Source: an uncultured Rhodospirillaceae bacterium (GTDB lineage: Bacteria > Pseudomonadota > Alphaproteobacteria > Micavibrionales > UBA2020). From it: DNA of 64,000 nt. The notes under the pieces were generated by a model. The model made no database searches. It worked only from the letters and a program-made list of their open reading frames with translations, and was not told the origin of the DNA. Below, piece after piece: positions 18,647 to 28,100 of this stretch; position 1 is the first letter of the stretch, and each line of letters opens with the position of its first letter. A program made the position numbers and the translations under genes. Where the stretch lies: contig CAYWIT010000015.1 of assembly GCA_964458415.1 (NCBI GenBank), positions 3,192-67,191 on the forward strand, written 5' to 3'.

Positions 18647-19981
18647 TCAGGTTCCGGCGACGGTCATGCCGTCAATGCGCAGCGTCGGGGCGTCGATGCC
18701 ATAGCGGTGTGATAGATCATTGGCTGGCGCCAGATTCATCCACATCTCCAGAATATTTCCGGCAATGGTCATTTCGCTGACAGGATATGCGATCTTGCCG
18801 TTTTCGATCCAGAAACCGCGGGCCCCGCGGCTGTAATCACCGGTAACAATATTGGCGCCCGACCCCATCATTTCCGTCACGAAAAACCCCTCTTCAATCT
18901 CGGCGACAAGTTCTTCCGGTGATTTTGGCCCAGGGAGCATGTAAAAGTTTGCAGGACGCGGTGACGGGGGCGCGCTGGTGCCACGGCTGGCGTTTCCGGT
19001 GGAGCGCAGGCCGAGCTGCCGGGCCGAGGCAAGATCCAGCAGCCATCCGGTCAGAACGCCGTTCTCAATAATGGTGCGCTTGCAAGGCGCAAGGCCTTCC
19101 GCGTCAAAAGGATGAGAGCGGGCCCCGCGTCGTAGAAAGGGATCGTCGATAATGCTGACATTATCCGGCATTATTTTCGCGCCCATTTTGTCCTTGAGCA
19201 GGGTCGTGCCGCGGGCGACGGCGCCGCCGGAAATGGCGCTGGCAAGCGAGCCGATCACACCGCCGGAAACACGGTTTTCGAAAATAACGGGCAGTTGGCG
19301 GGTTTTGCCTTTGCGGGGGTTCAGGGCGCGGACCGCACGAGTCCCCGCCGCGTGGCCGATTTCTGCGGCGGAGCGCAGGTCCTTGAAAAAGGTGGTTGAA
19401 TCAAAATCATAATCGGTTTCCATGGCAGTGCCGGTGCCCGCAATGATCGAGACGGAGAGGTTGAAGCCCGATGACGAAAAACCGCCTTTAAAGCCGTTGG
19501 TGGCCAGATAAAAAACGGCTTCCTGACCTTGGCTGGCTTCTGCGCCATCCGAATTTGTCACGCCACTGACAGCGCGCGCCGCATTTTCTGCTTCATCGGC
19601 CAGCGCATTCATTTTTTCAATGGAGAGTTCGGTTGAATCATAGAGGTCCAGATCAGGGAGGCTGGTGGCCAGCTCGTTTTCCGCGGCAATGCCGGCAAAG
19701 GGATCCTCCGGAACGGCCCGGGCCATGGTGACAGCGCGTTCGGCCATGAAAAACAAGGCGTCTGGCGCAATATCCGCCGAGGACACGATGGCCTGCCGCT
19801 GTCCGACGAGCACGCGTAATCCCACTTCCGATTCTTCGGATCTGGTCAGCGATTCCTGTTTTCCCAGACGGCGCGTCACGGCCAGGGAAGTGGATTCGCA
19901 AAGGACAATGTCGGCAGCATCGGCGCCAAGCGTTTTTGATTTTTTAAGGATGTCTTCGAGTAGCTGAAACCGTGTTTCCAT
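18647..19981 (-). CDS. pmbA: TldD/PmbA family protein (PmbA-like)
   Basis: DDPFLRRGARSHPFDAEG, GDYSRGARGFWIENG, EMTIAGN motifs. Confidence 0.92.
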   Translation of the reverse strand: METRFQLLEDILKKSKTLGADAADIVLCESTSLAVTRRLGKQESLTRSEESEVGLRVLVGQRQAIVSSADIAPDALFFMAERAVTMARAVPEDPFAGIAAENELATSLPDLDLYDSTELSIEKMNALADEAENAARAVSGVTNSDGAEASQGQEAVFYLATNGFKGGFSSSGFNLSVSIIAGTGTAMETDYDFDSTTFFKDLRSAAEIGHAAGTRAVRALNPRKGKTRQLPVIFENRVSGGVIGSLASAISGGAVARGTTLLKDKMGAKIMPDNVSIIDDPFLRRGARSHPFDAEGLAPCKRTIIENGVLTGWLLDLASARQLGLRSTGNASRGTSAPPSPRPANFYMLPGPKSPEELVAEIEEGFFVTEMMGSGANIVTGDYSRGARGFWIENGKIAYPVSEMTIAGNILEMWMNLAPANDLSHRYGIDAPTLRIDGMTVAGT

Positions 19982-20817
19982 CAGGAATTGTCCTCTATGG
20001 CCGCCAGCGGCACATGGCGCTCCGCATGTTTGGCGCCCTGCGGTATTTCAACGAGGGTGAGCTGCAAACAGGGCGCTGATTTTTTATTCTCGAACGTCCG
20101 GTAAAATTTATCGAGAACCTCGGAGAAGCGGTTAATGGCGTCCAGCGGTTCTGTTTCGTATTGGGGGCGCTGGAGAAGAATCGCGAATTCATGGCGCCCC
20201 AGTCGGCCGATAACGTCAGATTGGCGGCGCATGAAGGTCATTTTTTCAGTGAGTTTCTGGACGATGTCCGTAAAGGCGTCTTCACCGGCCTCCGCGACAA
20301 TTTCCTGATGGTTGACCAGAGCGATAAAGACAATCAGGCTGCGCTCGCCATAGCGAAAGGCGCGGTCAAGGGCGGAAAGAAAGAGCTGGTTGAAAGCGGC
20401 CTTGCCGATCATGCCGCCTTCGGAATGGACATTATCGACGCGTGCCAGCTGACGATTGATTTCAAGCAGGCGTTCGGCGTTGCCGATTTTGAGCTCAAGG
20501 TCCTGCGAGGAAAGCGGCTTGTTGAGGACTTCGTTGGTTCCCGCCAGAATGGCATCTTCGGTCGAGGCGGTTTTTGAAAGCAGCAGCAGGTAGGGCTTGA
20601 TTTCGGAAGAAATATTTTTCGTGACGGCAAAGACGACTGGCTTGGCTTCGCTCAAAGGGGCGGGGTCTATCATGATGCAATCGAAACCGCCGTTTTGCAG
20701 TTTTTCAAAGGCCGCCTGCTTGTTGGGTTCGGCAACGGCCTCATGCCCCTTTGCGTTCAGCTTCGAAATCAGAAGCTGATTGGTTAAGGCCTCGCGGTCA
20801 ATGACAAGCACCTTCAT
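19981..20817 (-). CDS. Receiver-domain protein with degenerate GGDEF domain
   Basis: KVLVID...DCIMID...KP receiver; RQSDVIGRLGRHEF (RxxD retained, GGDEF replaced by GRHEF). Confidence 0.8.
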   Translation of the reverse strand: MKVLVIDREALTNQLLISKLNAKGHEAVAEPNKQAAFEKLQNGGFDCIMIDPAPLSEAKPVVFAVTKNISSEIKPYLLLLSKTASTEDAILAGTNEVLNKPLSSQDLELKIGNAERLLEINRQLARVDNVHSEGGMIGKAAFNQLFLSALDRAFRYGERSLIVFIALVNHQEIVAEAGEDAFTDIVQKLTEKMTFMRRQSDVIGRLGRHEFAILLQRPQYETEPLDAINRFSEVLDKFYRTFENKKSAPCLQLTLVEIPQGAKHAERHVPLAAIEDNS

Positions 20818-20906
20818 AAGGTTATCCCCTTTATCCCCCTGATACTTTAGAAAAAACGCGGCCCGAGGCCAATGAAAAAGCGATATTTCTATTCATAATT
20901 GATAGA

Positions 20907-20936
20907 TTGACAAATACGATGGATTGCCTTAAGAAT
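20907..20936 (+). promoter_or_regulatory. Sigma70-like promoter of tRNA-Leu/rnd
   Basis: TTGACA-N17-TAAGAAT about 50 nt upstream of the tRNA. Confidence 0.55.
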
Positions 20937-20983
20937 CCTGCATCCATGATCTGGCAGGGAATTACCGCCCCGCCGGAGCAAGG

Positions 20984-21068
20984 GCCCAAGTGGCGGAATT
21001 GGTAGACGCGCAGGTTTCAGGTACCTGTGGGGCAACCCGTGTAAGTTCGAGTCTTATCTTGGGCACCA
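20984..21068 (+). tRNA. tRNA-Leu (CAG), CCA encoded
   Basis: GCCCAAG/CTTGGGC acceptor stem, GGTAGAC D-loop, CAGGT-TTCAGGT-ACCTG anticodon arm, long variable arm, GTTCGAG T-loop, 3' CCA. Confidence 0.96.
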
Positions 21069-21111
21069 TTGGATAGGTATTTAACAGTCTGGTTTCGGAA
21101 TTTGAATTTCT

Positions 21112-21723
21112 ATGGCAGTAACCCTGCATACAGGCGATCTTCCTTCCGGGCTTGATCTTGGAAAATGCGTAGCAATTGATACGGAAACCATGGGATTGAA
21201 CCCCGTGCGGGACCGCCTTTGCCTTGTCCAGCTTTCTTCCGGCGACGGAAATGCGCATCTGGTCAAATTTGACGGCAAGAGTTATGACGCACCTCATCTG
21301 AAGAAATTGCTGTCAGATGTGACGGTGACAAAGCTTTTTCACTTTGCACGCTTTGACGTGGGGATCATGCAGCAATACCTGAATGTACGGACGACACCGA
21401 TTTACTGTACAAAAATTGCTTCAAAACTGACCCGTACCTTCACCGATCACCATAGCCTGAAGACGCTGTGCAAGGATCTGCTGGGGGTCGAGCTGGACAA
21501 GCAGCAGCAGTCTACGGACTGGGGCGGCGCAACATTGACGCCGGCGCAGATGGATTATGCGGCCTCGGACGTACTTTATCTGCACCGGCTCAAAGCGGCG
21601 CTGGATGCCATTTTGGCACGGGAAGGACGGGAAGGGTTGGCGCAGGCTTGTTTTAATTTCCTGCCGTATCGGGCGCAGCTGGATCTGGCGGGCTGGGGCG
21701 AAGAGGATATTTTCGCGCATTAG
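21112..21723 (+). CDS. rnd: Ribonuclease D-like DEDDy 3'-5' exonuclease
   Basis: AIDTETMGL, LFHFARFD, YCTKIASKL, KQQQSTDWG, YAASDV motifs. Confidence 0.9.
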   Translation: MAVTLHTGDLPSGLDLGKCVAIDTETMGLNPVRDRLCLVQLSSGDGNAHLVKFDGKSYDAPHLKKLLSDVTVTKLFHFARFDVGIMQQYLNVRTTPIYCTKIASKLTRTFTDHHSLKTLCKDLLGVELDKQQQSTDWGGATLTPAQMDYAASDVLYLHRLKAALDAILAREGREGLAQACFNFLPYRAQLDLAGWGEEDIFAH

Positions 21724-21964
21724 ATTTTGAGCCGAATGCTCAGACCGGCTTGTCTTAACAAGCATAACTTCAATCGCATAAGTCATGGAGAAAATAGCGC
21801 TATGTAAAAGTATGGCGCGGCAAGAAATCCCGTATTTTATTGGGCTTTATTAGACTACATACATTTTTGTTGCAGGCTTAACACTTTATTCATGATCTTG
21901 TGGTCTATAATGGGATTATCTACCAGATATAGTTGTCAAGTTACTCACCCCGAAGGAGGTCACT

Positions 21965-22570
21965 ATGGCGGCACCAATGATAGAAACGGATCTCATCGCC
22001 TATAACTTCAATCTGGAAACAAAAGATTTCATGGCTCAAATTGCGGACCTGCCACGCTCTCCGCTGGTGGGGCAAAGCTTCTTGCATGAGCTTGCGCGTG
22101 AAGGGGATATTCTCAGTGCGGAGATTATTTTCGAGGCGGGAGCCAGCATAGATTTACCGGATGACGAGGGGCGGCGCCCTTTGCATGAGGCGGCGGGGGC
22201 CGGTCAGCTGGAGATGGTGGCTTTTTTGCTGAAAGGCGGGGCTATCCTTGATGCGCCGATACATCCTTTTGGGCATACAGCCCTGTGGCTGTCGGTCAGG
22301 CAGGGGCATTATACTGTGGCCCGCTATTTAATCGAACAGGGCGCACGGCTTAATGTCGCCGATCGTCTGTCCGGACAGGGCTTGCTGCATCTTGCGGCGA
22401 CGGCGGGGGATATTAAAATGGCGGGAATCTTGATTGCGGCGGGGATCGACGTTTTTCATGAAGACGGGCGCGGGCAGACAGCGCGGGATTACGCGGCGCG
22501 CGGGGGGCACAAGCCGTTGGAAAAAATTCTGCTCAAGGTGATGTATCATCAGGCTTGTTATGGCGCATAA
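21965..22570 (+). CDS. Ankyrin-repeat protein (about 4 repeats), convergent with the lysis cassette
   Basis: GQSFLHELA, GRRPLHEAAGAG, GHTALWLS, GQGLLHLAA, GQTARDYA. Confidence 0.85.
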   Translation: MAAPMIETDLIAYNFNLETKDFMAQIADLPRSPLVGQSFLHELAREGDILSAEIIFEAGASIDLPDDEGRRPLHEAAGAGQLEMVAFLLKGGAILDAPIHPFGHTALWLSVRQGHYTVARYLIEQGARLNVADRLSGQGLLHLAATAGDIKMAGILIAAGIDVFHEDGRGQTARDYAARGGHKPLEKILLKVMYHQACYGA

Positions 22571-22773
22571 AAATAACCCGGGCATATTTCAAGCCAGAGC
22601 GCATTGTTGATATCTGCGGCGTGGCGCGTTTTCTCGGTATCCGCCGAAGAAGTGTAAACAGGCCGATAGAGGCTGCAAAAGTCACCGCGTGAATCTTTGG
22701 CGCACCCGTTTTGCATAGTCAGCGTCATGCTGCAAACGATCATGAACAGCCAGCGCTTTTTTGACAGCAGCAT
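22558..22773 (-). CDS. Putative outer-membrane spanin (Rz1-like lipoprotein)
   Basis: Signal-like N-term with GC, then DFCSLYRP...NNALWLEIC; overlaps the upstream i-spanin-like gene out of frame; lipobox atypical (MQNGC). Confidence 0.6.
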   Translation of the reverse strand: MLLSKKRWLFMIVCSMTLTMQNGCAKDSRGDFCSLYRPVYTSSADTEKTRHAADINNALWLEICPGYFYAP

Positions 22774-22891
22774 TGATTTCTTCCTCCTTGCCGGCGCGCT
22801 CTGCGGTTTTTCCTCCCCTGAAAGAAATCAGGACAAGAAAGCCCGTCAGGAACAAAAAAAACAGCATTCCGATAAAAATGAAACCTGTCAT
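22682..22891 (-). CDS. Putative inner-membrane spanin (Rz-like)
   Basis: N-terminal TM followed by a charged helical segment; ATGA-coupled to the holin-like gene. Confidence 0.6.
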   Translation of the reverse strand: MTGFIFIGMLFFLFLTGFLVLISFRGGKTAERAGKEEEINAAVKKALAVHDRLQHDADYAKRVRQRFTR

Positions 22892-23079
22892 TTAACGGCA
22901 TCCTTGCTGAAGGCGGCGATCAGTCCGGCGAGGGCCATGCCGAGGGCGATAACGGATTCCGTCTGCTCCGGCGAAAGCGTCAGGCCCAGCGCCACAAAAA
23001 GCGACGTCAGGCCCAGCCACGTCGAGCGTTCCTTGGCGCGGGAGGTTAGGTAGGCAATGAAAATCCTGAAAGTAAACAT
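22888..23079 (-). CDS. Putative holin
   Basis: 63 aa, two hydrophobic helices (ERSTWLGLTSLFVALGL; VIALGMALAGLIAAF), between endolysin-like and spanin-like genes. Confidence 0.65.
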   Translation of the reverse strand: MFTFRIFIAYLTSRAKERSTWLGLTSLFVALGLTLSPEQTESVIALGMALAGLIAAFSKDAVK

Positions 23080-23116
23080 GCAGGGCTCCTGTTGAAATCA
23101 GATCATGGGAAGGTCC

Positions 23117-23551
23117 TTAAAAGGAACGAATGGCTGCGGCGTAAAGTTCGTCGGGATACCATGCGGCAGGGTATCCTGCGGGCGGCGCGCCGTTTTCCTG
23201 TCGGATAATGGCGCGACAGAGCAAGGTCATTATCGTCGGGTTTGATAAATCGAGTTTGTCGCGCCGTCGGACACCGAGAGCGCGACAGACGGTGTGGATA
23301 TAATGATCCGTCGCATTTTCATGCGGCGGCGCATAGCGGTTGATAATGGTCTCGATTGTATCAAGGCCGTATTTGGCATGATAGGTCATCAGCGTTTTCA
23401 TCAGGGCGCGTAGCCCGAAAATCGCCTCGGAAAATTCAACAAAGGCGGGATCCGTCTGAACAGGCTTTTGACCGAGCCAGCGAGTTTTTGTCAGGCGCAG
23501 GTTACCCGGATTGTGATTGCGGATCCCGCGTGGCAGGAAGAGAGCAGCCAT
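23117..23551 (-). CDS. Putative endolysin (RNxNPGN lysozyme-like family, often labelled 'structural protein P5')
   Basis: PRGIRNHNPGNL...F..F.....GLRA...L..Y...YGL.TI..II.RYAP..EN.T..YI; SD GAGGA. Confidence 0.7.
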   Translation of the reverse strand: MAALFLPRGIRNHNPGNLRLTKTRWLGQKPVQTDPAFVEFSEAIFGLRALMKTLMTYHAKYGLDTIETIINRYAPPHENATDHYIHTVCRALGVRRRDKLDLSNPTIMTLLCRAIIRQENGAPPAGYPAAWYPDELYAAAIRSF

Positions 23552-23561
23552 GATCATGTCC

Positions 23562-23792
23562 TCAATTGTGTTTTTGGCGCAGGAGTTGTTCAATTCGCAA
23601 AATGCCGTCATTTAAATGCTCCAGATGTTGTTCCAGCGCTGCCAGTCTTTCGGCAGTGTGTTCGTTATGACTGATCCATTTCTCGATATGTTCGACGCGC
23701 TTTGTGATGGACGCGGCCCACCATACGGTCGTGACAAGGTGGATGCTAAGCGTAATGGAAAGGGTGATAAGTCCGATAATGTCGCCGGGCAT
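23562..23792 (-). CDS. Small membrane protein with coiled-coil tail (lysis-cassette associated)
   Basis: N-terminal TM followed by heptad-rich C-term; overlaps or abuts neighbours. Confidence 0.6.
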   Translation of the reverse strand: MPGDIIGLITLSITLSIHLVTTVWWAASITKRVEHIEKWISHNEHTAERLAALEQHLEHLNDGILRIEQLLRQKHN

Positions 23793-23794
23793 GA

Positions 23795-25141
23795 TTAAAG
23801 TTCCGCGTCGAAGTCAACGTAGTTTGCGGCACCGGTCGCCAGGGAGAGCGCATAGCTGTGGTTCGCGGTAAACCCTGTTTTTCCAGTGGCAATCGTCACG
23901 CCATTGGCATCAGCTTGCCCGGCGGTAATGTCGCCTGTTGTCAGGGAAATGCTGGCGCCGTTTCCTATGGCGGAAAGACCGGCGGCGGTGACCACGGGAT
24001 TGGCGCGCATTTTAACCGGGGCGGGCACGATAAATCGTGCAGCGGCGGTTGCCGTGGCGAGACCGCCGCCGATAACCGGCGCTGTTCCCGAAAGGCGCTG
24101 GTGGCGCAAAAAATAGCGTTTGCAAAGAATCTCCGTGACGGCGGCCGGCAGGTATTCGTATTCAGTCGCGTTTGCGCCAAGCTGGAGCTGTACATCGGAG
24201 ATATAAACGCTGTCATTCACCGTTCCGTCCCCGTTGTCGATCCAGATCAGAACGGCGATATTGCGGGTATTTGCCGTATCCAGATAGATGTTCTCGATTT
24301 TAAAAGTCTGGTAGCTGTTGGTGAGGGCAAGATTTTCCGGTGTGTTCTCATAGGTTGCCCCGGCAATCAGGATCGGATTGGTGCCTTCTGCGCCCCAGAC
24401 GCTGATCATATCGCTGGTGACAAGGTCGTCGCTGCCGGCGGACCAGGCAATGACGGCGGCCCGTAAGGTATCGACAGTGGCGTTGGCGGAGCCTTTGCGG
24501 GCCTTGAATGACAGGGAAACCGCCCCGCCGATAATGGCTTCGGCCTGCCGGGTTTCAACTATTTGCAACAGACCGCATTTTTTATTCGCCGTTTTGACAT
24601 CCAGACGCAAGGCGGCAGAGCTTCCGGGAGGTATGGTGCTTAAATCCTGTGCAAGATCGGTAATGTTGTTTCCGTCCGAAAGCAGCACCCATCTGTCGAA
24701 GGTATAGGTATCGTCGTTATTGGGCGGAACAGTCGTGCTGGTAAAAGCAGTGCCGCGCTGGCCGATGCGAAAATCGCCGTTAACAATGATGTTGCGGCAA
24801 AAAAACCCTTCGCTGGCCAGCAGATCGAAACTCGGCAGATTTGGACCTGATGTTCCTACTGTCTTAATCGCCGCATCGCCAAGCGCGCTGCCGTCCCGAT
24901 AGGGGATAAACTGGTTTGTCGCGGCATTGACGGAGCCGCAGATCATCCAGTCCGCGCCGTCGTGGATTTTTAAAAGCCAGGGCGTGGCGGCGTCGTCAAG
25001 CCAGACTGTTCCGGACTCGGCATAGGCGGGCGCCGTGGCGCCCTTGTGGTGGTTGAGTAGGGCCTGCTTGCCGTCATTGTCTTCCTGACGGTAGACCAGA
25101 CCGCTTTTGTTGGCTCCGATAACGGGGTTTGCCTGTGTCAT
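23795..25141 (-). CDS. Tail fibre / receptor-binding-like protein
   Basis: N-term ALLNHHKGATAPAY...VWLD attachment segment; RNIIVNGDFRIGQRG...YTFDRW domain; C-term LCKRYF...MRANPVV...DAEL typical of phage fibres; follows J-like gene. Confidence 0.75.
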   Translation of the reverse strand: MTQANPVIGANKSGLVYRQEDNDGKQALLNHHKGATAPAYAESGTVWLDDAATPWLLKIHDGADWMICGSVNAATNQFIPYRDGSALGDAAIKTVGTSGPNLPSFDLLASEGFFCRNIIVNGDFRIGQRGTAFTSTTVPPNNDDTYTFDRWVLLSDGNNITDLAQDLSTIPPGSSAALRLDVKTANKKCGLLQIVETRQAEAIIGGAVSLSFKARKGSANATVDTLRAAVIAWSAGSDDLVTSDMISVWGAEGTNPILIAGATYENTPENLALTNSYQTFKIENIYLDTANTRNIAVLIWIDNGDGTVNDSVYISDVQLQLGANATEYEYLPAAVTEILCKRYFLRHQRLSGTAPVIGGGLATATAAARFIVPAPVKMRANPVVTAAGLSAIGNGASISLTTGDITAGQADANGVTIATGKTGFTANHSYALSLATGAANYVDFDAEL

Positions 25142-25171
25142 TTCATCCTCCTATGCTGTGAAATATATCGG

Positions 25172-28100
25172 TTAGACGGCTTCGCCGTAGCCTTGGGCGA
25201 GGTAGTCAAAGGTGCGGGAAATTCCCGTGCCGGAACTATTGAAGAACTGGATGCTGAATCCGGCGGCCGTCTGGGCGGTAATGGCGTAGTAATCGCCGCT
25301 TTGCATGTTTTGCGCGGTGATGGACAGGGCGGGAACGGCACGGAAGGGGCGGTCAAAAGCAACGGCACTACCGGTTATCGCCGCTGTGATGTTTCCAGCT
25401 CCGGCAGTCCGGTCCGGCATATCAATATTGATGCGCAGTCGTGACAGGGCGGGTGTGACGTTGGCGGCATAACTTTGGATGATAACGCGGAACTCATAGG
25501 CGCGGGCGGTATAGTCGCCCACCACAAAAGGCATCCAGGGTGTCCAGTCTGGTCCGGCGCCGGGATTGTCCTTTGTTGTGCGGAGCTGCAACCCAACGGA
25601 CCAGAGGGAAGGATCAGCGGCTTCGTCAAAGCTTTCCAGCGCGTCGATATTGTCGCGATTGTCGATCGTTCCGTTCAGATCAAGGCCTTCAACAAGAAGG
25701 TCCGCCGTCAGGCGGGAGGTATAGACGGCTCCCAGATCCGCCGTATTGGCAAAATTATAAATGCCCGACGATAACAGGCCGGCATCACCGATATCCACGT
25801 TGACGGTATTGTCAATATTTTCCCAGTTATCAAGGCTGTCTATGCCATTCAGCTGCAGCAGAGGGCCGCTTCGTTCCAGCCCGTCGCGTGTTCCGGCAAA
25901 GGCGCTGTCCTCGCTGACGGTCAGGATTGCGTTAAATCCGCTCAGGGCGGCAATAGTGGAAGTGACCTGCGCGGCGGTTGCGCTCATGCGGCCGCCGGTA
26001 TCGACGGCCTTAAGAAAATAGGTGCCGACCGCCGCAGGAATGCCGAGTGAACTGGAATCCATGGCAATGCGTGAAACGATATCCACGGCGCTGCTCCAGT
26101 TTGCGCCGGTGATAGCGGGTGAAAACCGCAGCACATAATGGCTGAGATCAGGATCGGTGACGGGCATCCAGGAGAGATAAGCCGTTTGCCCGAGAATATT
26201 GAGGGTTACATTTTCGATGTCCGAGGGCAGTGCCGTTGTTCCGGTGACGCGATGGCCGGAGATTGCAAGCGGGGATGAATGCGCCCCTGCTGACGTTATA
26301 TAACGGATCTGCAGGTCATAGCTTTCTCCTTCCGTAACGTCCGTCACGGAAATCCTGTTTTGTGTCCGGCCCAGAATTTCGGCGGGGCGAAAAGACGTTT
26401 CATCGGCGGCCCGGATCAGAACCTCGGTATCAAGAAAGGATGAAAATGCCGGAGGCTGCAGGGTGACAAGAATGCGGCTTGTCAGTGATCCGTCGGTCTG
26501 GCGAATCAGAACCTCCTCGCCGGACTGGATTTGCGACAAAACCGGCGTGGGCGGCCGCTGCATGTCGGACGGCATGGTGATCTGGCTGGAGAAAGCGGGG
26601 ATGGCGCCGTTTCCGGCGTCATGGACTGCCGGGGCGGCATCAACGCAAACAATCCGCGCGCTCAGGTTTGATTGCGGTTCGATGGATTTGACGATCAGTT
26701 CGACGCTCTCGCTGCCGCTCTCGCCGAAAATGACCAGATCGCCGGCATGTGGCGCTTCCGTAAGAGGAATCGGCGTCGCGAGGGATAAAGTGGAAGACCG
26801 TCCTTCTTCTGTTGTAACGGAAAGGAGGAGGGAGGTGCCATCAGTTTGACGGATGCGCAGGGCATAATTTTTTCCGGCCGCCATTGTCATTTCCGCGTCC
26901 AGAACAAGGCCGGTAGCCAGCGCCGGTGCCTCGCCATTGTCGATGACGGTTTTGACGCGGGCGCCGGCGAGTCCGAACAAGGGGACATCGTGGCTGAAAC
27001 GGATCAGGTCGCCGCGTGTGCAAACGATATGCTCGATGTCCGTATAAAATATATAATTTTCTGGCCGCAATTTTGCCGTGGCGATGTGATAGCGCCCGTC
27101 CTGCCAGGCCTGCTCTGCGGAGGTAACGCCTGTCAGGGAAAGAGAGTCATAGCGAAGCGCGGTTGTTTCATCATAGCCGTCGTCAAAAACCAGCCGTTCG
27201 TCCTGCAGCCAGCCTTTCTCGCGATTGATAAAGCGGACGCGCAGGGCATGCGGGATGTCGTCAAAGGATTTTTGTCCCTGAAAGCGAAAAGTATTTCTCG
27301 GGGTAAAGTGCTGTACTGGAATGGTTTGCAGCCTGTCTTCAACCACCGTCCATTTTCCGTCCTGCAGGGCCGGGCTGGCCCGGCCAGCGGCAGCAACGTC
27401 CTGAAGAACTTCCTGTACGGAGATATCGTAGTCGATGATGGCGTTAAATTCGCGTTCCGTCGCCGCGCAGGCCTCATGCCAAATCCTGATTTTTTCAAGG
27501 TCAAGACGGCTGTCGGCAAGAGGGCGCGCATTGGCCTTTCCCTGCAGGACATGGCGGAAAAGTGCCGCCGGATTGGCTGTAACCTGTTCCACCCAGGCGG
27601 TGCCGTTCCAGTCCGGAAGAATGGAATGGACCACGCCATTAAACCGGTCAATCAGGCCGTTCAGCTGATCCGTGGCGCGGATGCGCAGGGCCGTCATCGC
27701 AATTCCGGTCATTTTGACGGGGGTGGCGCTGCGAATGGTGCGGAGCGCTGTCCAGACCGTTTCATCGAAAGTATTGTCGTCTGTAGCGTCCTTTGTCAGG
27801 CGGCGAATTCTGACATCGTATTGTCCCTTGGCAACGCGGAAGCTCACGGATTTCCGCAGCGCGGAGGATTGCTTGGCGGAAACCAGCAGCCCGGTAAATT
27901 GCAATCCGCCCGCGGCGATGTCGATTTTATCTGCGGTTGTTGCCGGCGTCGCCAGAAAATCCCCTGCCGTTTGAAAGCTTGCGCCAAAAAGACTGCTTTT
28001 GCGTTCATCGGTGATTTTTGAAGCAGGGATGACGGCTGCGTCGCCGGATTGACGCTCTACCCGCGCAATGGCCAGAAAGCCTTTTGGCACTGCGGGCGGC

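Noticed and set aside
20984-21068. tRNA-Leu as the integration (att) site of the virion cluster
   Set aside because: rnd and an ankyrin gene lie between the tRNA and the cluster, no integrase is present, and I found no duplicate of the tRNA 3' end at the other side (43.4-44.7 kb)
21878-21892. CtrA-like boxes TTAA-N7-TTCA (21878) and TTAA-N7-TTGA (48856-48870)
   Set aside because: One mismatch each, in AT-rich DNA where chance matches are likely; no full TTAA-N7-TTAA site was found upstream of the virion cluster
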